DNA of 14,542 nucleotides from a virus (Duplodnaviria; Heunggongvirae; Uroviricota; Caudoviricetes): IMG/VR virus record IMGVR_UViG_2896595138_000011, positions 1 to 14,542 of that record; one strand, 5' to 3'. Shown piece by piece: positions 8,117 to 14,542 of this stretch (position 1 is its first letter; each line of letters starts with the position of its first letter). The notes under the pieces were generated by a model. It saw only the letters and a program-made list of their open reading frames with translations, ran no database searches and was not told where the DNA came from. The position numbers and the translations under genes were made by a program.

Positions 8117-11100
8117 TCAGCTGATACTGATACCTGCTGTGGATTTCTTCATCACAACAACCAGCAAATCGCTGATACTTGCTGTGGGATACCAGCCATT
8201 TACCAGCCATGCCGATACAGAAAACTCCAGCGTCATGTGACCGTGACCGGCAGGCATATCAATAACACCCGTATATATCAGCGTATTATCCAGGGTCGTT
8301 CGGTTATAAATTTCAGCACCGTTTTTCTTCACTATCAGGCGGCATGACGAATAAATATTGTTATTCTTCCGCTCATGTTTAGCACCGCGAAACGCCACCG
8401 CGGGAATAACAATTTGCCGATCAAACGGCTGATCGTCATAAACCCTGACGGTAATGGTCCCTGATGGCCACCTCTCCGGTGCCGGGAGTCCCGTGGGAAA
8501 GGTTTGCCCACTGTTTTAACGAGATCGCCTTCAATCTGGTTCGCGGACAATTTTCCCAGAACCCGACAGTTCTTATTAATCGTGACGTTGTTGAGCGTCC
8601 CGGAGTTCGCGTTCACGTTACCGCTGATATCGGCATTTTTCGCCGTCAGCCGTCCGCCAAGTGTCAGGGAAAATGCCGGAGGATTACCGCCGCTGGTAAT
8701 GGTCGGAGCCGTCAGGCGTTTCAGGAACACGTCGTTCATGAATATCTGATCGCCCTGACCAACAAACATCGGCTTTGTGTTGCCATTCACAGGATTAATC
8801 ATCGCAATCCTGTCTGCCGCCAGCAGCACCTGACTCTGCATTCCTGCTGGCGTATTCTCAATACCGGCACCGATACCCGCAATATAAAGGCGTCCGTCCT
8901 TCATCTGTTGCAGCTTCACAGCCCACATGCTGTTCAGGTTATGATTTGTATCAACCTGAACCTTCTGTATCTGCTGGATCGCTGCACTCTGGTCTTCCAG
9001 TTTCTTATTGACGGTCTGCGTGATTTCATTGCTGACATTCGTAATGGACGTCCTGATTTCAGTCAGGTCCGGCGCAAGCTGACCGTTATCAATCTGCGTC
9101 CACAACTCCTTGCCGAGATGCGTTTTATTGATCAACCCTTTATAAAAACTCAGATAACCTTCCGCATCATCGCTCGCCCGACCGACGGCCTCCACAAATG
9201 CCGATTTGCCAACGGTGTTCACACTGCGAACGTAAAAATAATAATCATGGCCCGGTTTGATATTGATACTGGCGGCTATCCAGTACAGCGCCGTGCCAAG
9301 ATAGCGGGCTGTGGTTTCAACCTGCCTGATATCCGCAATCCGCTTTTCCGAGAACCAGAACTCAAACTGTACCGTCGGATCATAAACGGCAAGATGCGGC
9401 GTGGCGGTTATCTGAAAATACCCCGGCGTCAGCTCAATCCGCGACGGTGCTGCCGGTGCGGCAATCCGGAACGATACCGACGCCGGATCGCCCTGCTGCC
9501 CCGGGCATTTACCGCCCGGACTGTCAGCGTATAACGCCCCAACGCAAGCTGCGTGAAACGATATGTGGTTTCCGTCGTCCGGGCTGTGCTGACCAGCCGC
9601 TCACTGCCGTCATCCGCTGCCACGGTCAGGCGAAGCAGGAAGCTCACCCCCTTCACCACCTTCGGCGTGTCCCATCGCGCCAGCACCTGATATTCCCCGC
9701 TGCCTGCGATGACTTCTGCGGTCAGGTGCTGCACTGCTGGCGGCGTGACACCATTCACCGTGCCGCGCCGGTCACTGTCAATGTGTGCCCCGTTATCCAC
9801 GATGGCCTCTTTTTCCGGCACATGCTGCACGGCAGTGATGGCATATGTGCCGTCATCGTTCTCACGGATACTCACGCAGCGGAACAGGCGCTGACGCAGC
9901 GTCGGCAGCTTCAGCCCCCACACGCTGTATCCGGCAACGCCGTCAGGAACCCGGCTCACTTTCACCTTCACGCCGTCGGTGACGGACTGGACCTCCACGC
10001 TGACCGGATTGCCACTTCCGTCAACCAGGCTTATCAGCGTGGTACCGGAGGACGGCAGCGTGATTTCACGGTCGAGCGTCAGCGTCCGGGTCTGGCTGTT
10101 CACCGCCAGTACGCGACCACCGGTGCTGATACCGGCATAATCATCATCGCAGATTTCAATGACATCACCCGGTACATGGCGAAGCCCTTCTGCGCCCACG
10201 CTGAAGTCCACGGTCTGCGTTTCCAGCAGTTCCGTTTTAATCAGCCACAGCCCGGCGCGGTGTGCCTGTCCCCGGCTGGTACAGCCAAAGGCATCCATCT
10301 TCGTGACGTTACGACCGTAACGGAGAATGGCCTGCGTGTCCTCCACAAGCTCTGTCGCCGTCTCATGACCGTTGTCCGGATCAATCCAGTTCACCTCAAC
10401 GACATTATGGCGGTCCTTCAGGGCGCTGAAGCTGTAGCGGAACGGCGCGCCATCATCCGGCATCACCACATTACTGCGGTTATAGGTCCACACCTTATCC
10501 GACGGTCGGTCCTGCACGAACGTCAGCATCTGTCCGTTCCATACCGGCATACAGCGCATCGCCGAGCAAAAATCACTGAGCACATCCCACGCCTTGCGCT
10601 GCGTGGTCAGGTACGCATTACAGGTGATACGCGGTTCCGTGCCACCAAAGCCATCCGGCACTGACTGGTCGCAATTCTGGCCGATGACATACAGCGCCCA
10701 TTTGTCCACATCTGCCGCACCAAGACGTTTCCCCATGCCGTAGCGCGGATGGGTCAGCATATCCCACAGACACCAGGCCATGTTATTGCTGTATGCTGGC
10801 TTAAACGTTCCGTCCCAGATACCGCTGTATTGCCGCGTCTGCGGGTTATAGTTCGACGGCACCTGCAGAATACGCCCGCGCAGATGATAATTACGGCTCA
10901 CCTGCTGGCTGCCGAACTGCTCCGAATCCACCTGTACGCCGACCAGTGCCGTGTTCGGGTAGCACTGTTTCACATCGATGATTTCGGTGTACGACGACCA
11001 GAGCGTTTTGTTCTGCAGCTGGTCTGTGGTGCTGTCCGGTGTCATCCTGCGCATCCGGATATTAAACGGGCGCGGCGGCAGGTTACCCACCACCACCGAG

Positions 11101-11615
11101 GCCAGATACTGCGAAGTGGTTTTGCCCTTAATGGTGATGTCTTTTTCCGTCACCCAGCCACCGTTACGCTGTATCTGAACCAGCAGGCGGACTTCCGACG
11201 GACTCCTGTCCCCCTTTGAGGTGGTTTCCACCAGTGCCTGCACACCGAAGGTCAGGCGCAGACGGTCGATATTTGCAGACGTGATGGTCCGGGTGATCGG
11301 CGTGTCATATTTCACTTCCGTACCCAGCACCGTCTCGGAGCCGGAGGATTCAAATCCCTCCAGCGGAGTCTGCTCCTGCTCACCTGCCCGGAACACCACC
11401 GTGACACCGGAGATGTTGGTATTCCCCTCAGTGTCCAGCACCGGCGTACTGTTCAGCAGCACGCTTTTTAATCCATCCACCGGACCTTCAACCGGCCCTT
11501 CACTGATGGCATCAATCACACTCAGCAACTGCGTGGATTTCAGGTTGTCCTTCGCTTCGCGCGGGTATGCCCTTACTGCTGCCTTTACCCATTCGTCATG
11601 CTCCATAAACGACAA
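8117..11615 (-). pseudogene. J: Tail tip / host specificity protein J, two frameshifts
   Basis: 728-aa ORF (9429-11615) matches lambda J from PREAKDNLKSTQLLSVIDAISEGP onward; 295-aa (8335-9222) and 93-aa (8117-8398) ORFs continue the J C-terminus ([23 protein letters not shown] ... VIDMPAG). Frame breaks at a C-run 9499-9502 and at 8490-8492. Confidence 0.9.
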
Positions 11616-11652
11616 AACCGCCCGGAGGCGGTTTCACATAAAACATTTTACA

Positions 11653-12292
11653 TCAGCGACCAATCACCACAACCTGACCACCATCCCCTTCGTCTGCCGT
11701 GCTGATCTCCTGAGAAACCACACGTGACCCCACGCGCATTTCACCGTACAGAACGGGCAGAACATTGCCCTGGGCAACCATGTTATCCAGTGACGAGAAA
11801 TACGTGTTCTGCTTACCGTTATCCGTTGTCTGTGTACGGGGAGTTCTGGCTTTCGGTGCCAGCATCTGTGCAACACCGCCAAGCGTCATACTGGCACCGA
11901 GAGAAAACAGCAGATTACTCGCCATAATTCCTACCCCCGGCATCCATATAGCAACCGCCATAACAGCCGCCCCCAGCACCGCCTGAAACACACCGCCACT
12001 TTTAGCTCCCACCAGACGCGGTACTATGTGGATCACTGCACCATTTGCCAGCGGCTCATTAAGACGGGCAGACAATTCGGTTTCACCTGCATCACGCCCG
12101 GCAATGCCACCTGATACCAGCCGTCACTCAGTTTCTGACGAAACGCCGGGAGCTGTGTGGCCAGCGCCCGGATAGCTTCGGCCCCGTTTTCACACGAAGG
12201 TCGATGCGGCGGCCAAATCGTTGCAAATCCCCGTAAAGGCAGATGCGTGCCATGCCCGGTGACGCCAGAGGGAGTGTGTGCGTCGCTGCCAT
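11653..12292 (-). pseudogene. I: Tail assembly protein I, two frameshifts
   Basis: Minus-strand ATG at 12292 gives MAATHTLPLASPGMARICLYGDLQRFGRRIDLRVKTG; frame shifts at 12182-12185 (CCCC on plus) and near 12107-12111; C-terminal ORF 11653-12075 ends ...TADEGDGGQVVVIGR. Overlaps the K 3' end by 103 bp, as in lambda. Confidence 0.8.
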
Positions 12293-12932
12293 TTGTCGGT
12301 ATACCTCTCTCGTTTGCTCAGTTGTTCAGGAATATGGTGCAGCAGCTCGCCGTCACCACAGTAAATGGCGGCATGATTCGGCACCGATGAACCAAAACAG
12401 CACAGCAGCACATCGCCCGGCTGTGCCTCTGTCAGTGCGACACGGTAAAAACCCGTCACCTCCATATTGTCAAGATAGAGATTCTGACCGTGACGCCACC
12501 AGTCATCCCCGCGATGAAAATCCGGCATCTCAATCCCCGCCAGATGATAAGCATCCCGGAACAGCGTGTAACAGTCCGTCACCCCGTGCTCAAAGCGCCG
12601 CCCGGTGAGATGCGGCACACAGCGGAACTTGTGAATCGCCCCCGGCAGACCAGCCACCACGGCAAATCACTCTGCACCTGCAGCCGCCGGTCAGCCTCAC
12701 TCAGCCAGGGCAGACCACCGGGATGACTGTGGACCAGCGCCACAATCTCACCCTGCATTTGTGCCCGCAGCCAGTCCTCCGGAGCCATCCGGAACCGTTC
12801 CTCCGGCTCACCGGAGATATTCTCGCTGGGAAGATACCTGTCTCCCTCCGGCGTTCTCACCACGAAGCCACACGACTCCGCTGGCGCACATCGCCGGGCG
12901 TGCGCCAGAATCGCTGATTCTGTCTGTGTCAT
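12190..12932 (-). pseudogene. K: Tail assembly protein K (MPN/JAB plus NlpC/P60 domains), one frameshift
   Basis: Minus-strand ATG at 12932 gives MTQTESAILAHARRCAPAESCGF...HSHPGG...SEADRRLQ (JAB/MPN motif); frame shifts at the C-run 12639-12643; continues IHKFRCVPHLTGRRFEHGVTDCYTLF...NHAAIYCGDG (NlpC/P60-like) to the stop at 12190. Confidence 0.85.
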
Positions 12933-12936
12933 GGAT

Positions 12937-13440
12937 TTACTGAGAAAGTTTATTGATGGAAAGGAAACCGCCGAAATTACCGGTATTGTTGCGCAACTCA
13001 CACCCGCGCATACACTTGCTGCATTTGTCCTTCCGGATATCCGTCGTTGGTTTGTCGAACTCGTCAGCCACTGCCCTGCCCGTGTAACCACACTCATCAG
13101 AACGGTAAGTCCACATACAGGTATTCGCCAGCATGATACGCCCCGGGAAAACCGCGCCATCCGTCTCCGTTGGTGTGGCCAGCACAAAAGAGGCACTGAC
13201 CGCGCTCAGTTCGCTGCACTGCTCGATGCGCCAGCGGCTGATCACCTCCTGTTCCGGATCAGCGTCGCTGTTTCCGTTGACGAAGTTCACCGCATCCAGA
13301 AAACGGGCGTAAACCTTACGCCGGACCACCGTTCCGCCGACCAGACTCTGCAGATCTTCCGCCATACCGGTGACCATGCCGTGCAGGTTAGAGACCGTCA
13401 GTGTCGGACGGGCAGCACAGCCCCTGCCGTTCAGTTCAAA
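12937..13440 (-). pseudogene. L: Tail tip protein L, 5'-truncated by IS insertion
   Basis: Matches the lambda L C-terminal ~165 aa (FELNGRG...RPTLTVSNLHGMVTGMAEDLQSLVGGTVVRRKVYARFLD...GFLSINKLSQ); homology stops abruptly at 13440, where the IS66-type end GTAAGCGCC begins. Confidence 0.8.
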
Positions 13441-13523
13441 CGTAAGCGCCCCATCAGCGACGTCTTGTGAAAATTGTCCTGTCTGGCAACAATCGCGCCC
13501 ATCTATATTGATGGACACGAACG

Positions 13524-14198
13524 ATGAATTCCCAGACAACAAAAGATATTCCCTGCTTCCGTTCTTATTTGCCTGATGCCCTGCGTTTAAGATTTGAAGA
13601 TAAACTGACCATCCGGGCCATCGCTCAGCGTCTGGGTCTCAGTCATTCCACAATACATACGCTTTTTCAGCGATTTCTTGCATCCGGTATCGCATGGCCA
13701 TTGCCCGATTCAGTTTCATTCGCTCAACTTGACGCCATCCTTTATGCCAACAGAAAGAAGGAATTAACAGAGCCTCAAATCAGAGAAGGCTCATGGCGAA
13801 AAGAACGGCGAACCAGCTATAGCCGTGAATTTAAGGTCCGTCTGGCTAAGCAGGCGTTACAGCCTGGGGCTGTTGTTGCCCGGATCGCCAGAGAACACGA
13901 TATCAATGATAACCTGCTGTTTAAATGGAAAAGCCAGTACGAGGACGGCTTACTGAGCGATGATGACATACAGGAATGCATGCCTGTCCCGGTGGCACTG
14001 ACTGATACGCCGGAGCCGACCAGACCAGTTACAAATCCCTTCTGGCGTAACAAGCATGATGAGCGCCCTGAGGGGGCTCCCGGAAACGTCCCACGGTGCG
14101 AGCTGCATCTTAAATCAGGTGTGGTAAAACTGTTTGACCCTCTCACTCCGGAACTGTTACGGGCGCTAATCCGCGAAATGAAAGGGGGTATCCGATGA
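13524..14198 (+). CDS. IS66-family orfA (TnpA-like accessory protein, 224 aa)
   Basis: Region RRTSYSREFKVRLAKQALQPGAVVARIAREHDINDNLLFKWKSQY matches the IS66 orfA signature; carries an extra N-terminal HTH-like segment (LTIRAIAQRLGLSHSTIHTLFQRF). Confidence 0.75.
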   Translation: MNSQTTKDIPCFRSYLPDALRLRFEDKLTIRAIAQRLGLSHSTIHTLFQRFLASGIAWPLPDSVSFAQLDAILYANRKKELTEPQIREGSWRKERRTSYSREFKVRLAKQALQPGAVVARIAREHDINDNLLFKWKSQYEDGLLSDDDIQECMPVPVALTDTPEPTRPVTNPFWRNKHDERPEGAPGNVPRCELHLKSGVVKLFDPLTPELLRALIREMKGGIR

Positions 14199-14542
14199 TA
14201 ACGCTGCCGACCGGTACCAAAATCTGGATCATCGCTGGCATCACAGATATGCGTTGTGGCTTCAATGGCCTGGCTTCGAAGGTGCAGAACACGCTGAAAG
14301 ATGACCCGTTCTCCGGGCATATCTTCGTCTTCCGGGGCCGCAGTGGCAAAATGGTGAAAATACTGTGGGCCGATCGTGACGGGTTATGCCTGTTCGCCAA
14401 ACGCCTGGAACGGGGCCGCTTCGTCTGGCCGGTGACCCGGGAAGGGAAAGTGCACCTGACGCCAGCTCAGTTATCCATGCTACTGGAGGGGATCGCGTGG
14501 CAACATCCCAAACGGACAGAACGGCCTGGCATCCGGATATAA
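14195..14542 (+). CDS. IS66-family orfB (TnpB, 115 aa)
   Basis: MITLPTGTKIWIIAGITDMRCGFNGLASKVQ...HIFVFRGRSGKMVKILWADRDGLCLFAKRLERGRFVWP matches the conserved IS66 TnpB; start overlaps the orfA stop (ATGA). Confidence 0.85.
   Translation: MITLPTGTKIWIIAGITDMRCGFNGLASKVQNTLKDDPFSGHIFVFRGRSGKMVKILWADRDGLCLFAKRLERGRFVWPVTREGKVHLTPAQLSMLLEGIAWQHPKRTERPGIRI

Larger units (their letters stand above)
13442..14542 (+). mobile_element. IS66-family insertion sequence, left part (runs off window)
   Basis: End begins GTAAGCGCCCC at 13442 exactly at the L truncation point; contains orfA and orfB with an ATGA overlap; the orfC transposase would lie beyond 14542. Confidence 0.7.

Noticed and set aside
8464-11219. 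Long plus-strand ORFs (356 aa, 405 aa, 156 aa) across the J region
   Set aside because: Antisense to the strongly supported J gene; Arg/Pro/His-rich, low-complexity translations typical of open frames in GC-rich antisense sequence.
12190-12292. 103-bp overlap of K 3' end and I 5' end in different frames
   Set aside because: Not an anomaly; this K/I overlap is the conserved lambdoid arrangement as I recall it for lambda.
12931-13470. 179-aa plus-strand ORF
   Set aside because: Antisense to the L gene remnant.
1-14542. CRISPR arrays, tRNA or rRNA genes, attachment sites
   Set aside because: No regularly spaced short direct repeats and no cloverleaf or rRNA-like sequence found; the 60-bp tandem repeats at 2431-2670 are coding LRR units, not CRISPR.

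Overview
This window reads as the tail end of a decayed lambdoid prophage of the Shigella / E. coli type, carrying a virulence cargo block. On the minus strand is a lambda-like tail module (L, K, I, J, lom, side tail fibre), interrupted by an IS4 copy (with target-site duplication) and cut at L by an IS66-family element that runs off the window. Downstream lies an AT-rich cargo block on the plus strand: an intact ipaH-family (LRR + NEL E3 ubiquitin ligase) type III effector gene with a perfect MxiE box, an uncharacterised methyltransferase-like ORF, and a LexA-box-controlled dinI-like gene. Nearly every tail gene and the IS4 transposase is broken by single-base deletions in G/C homopolymers, whereas ipaH, the methyltransferase-like ORF, dinI-like and the IS66 orfA/orfB are intact. 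I found no tRNA, rRNA or CRISPR array. All protein identifications are from reading the translations against remembered family sequences, not from a database search.
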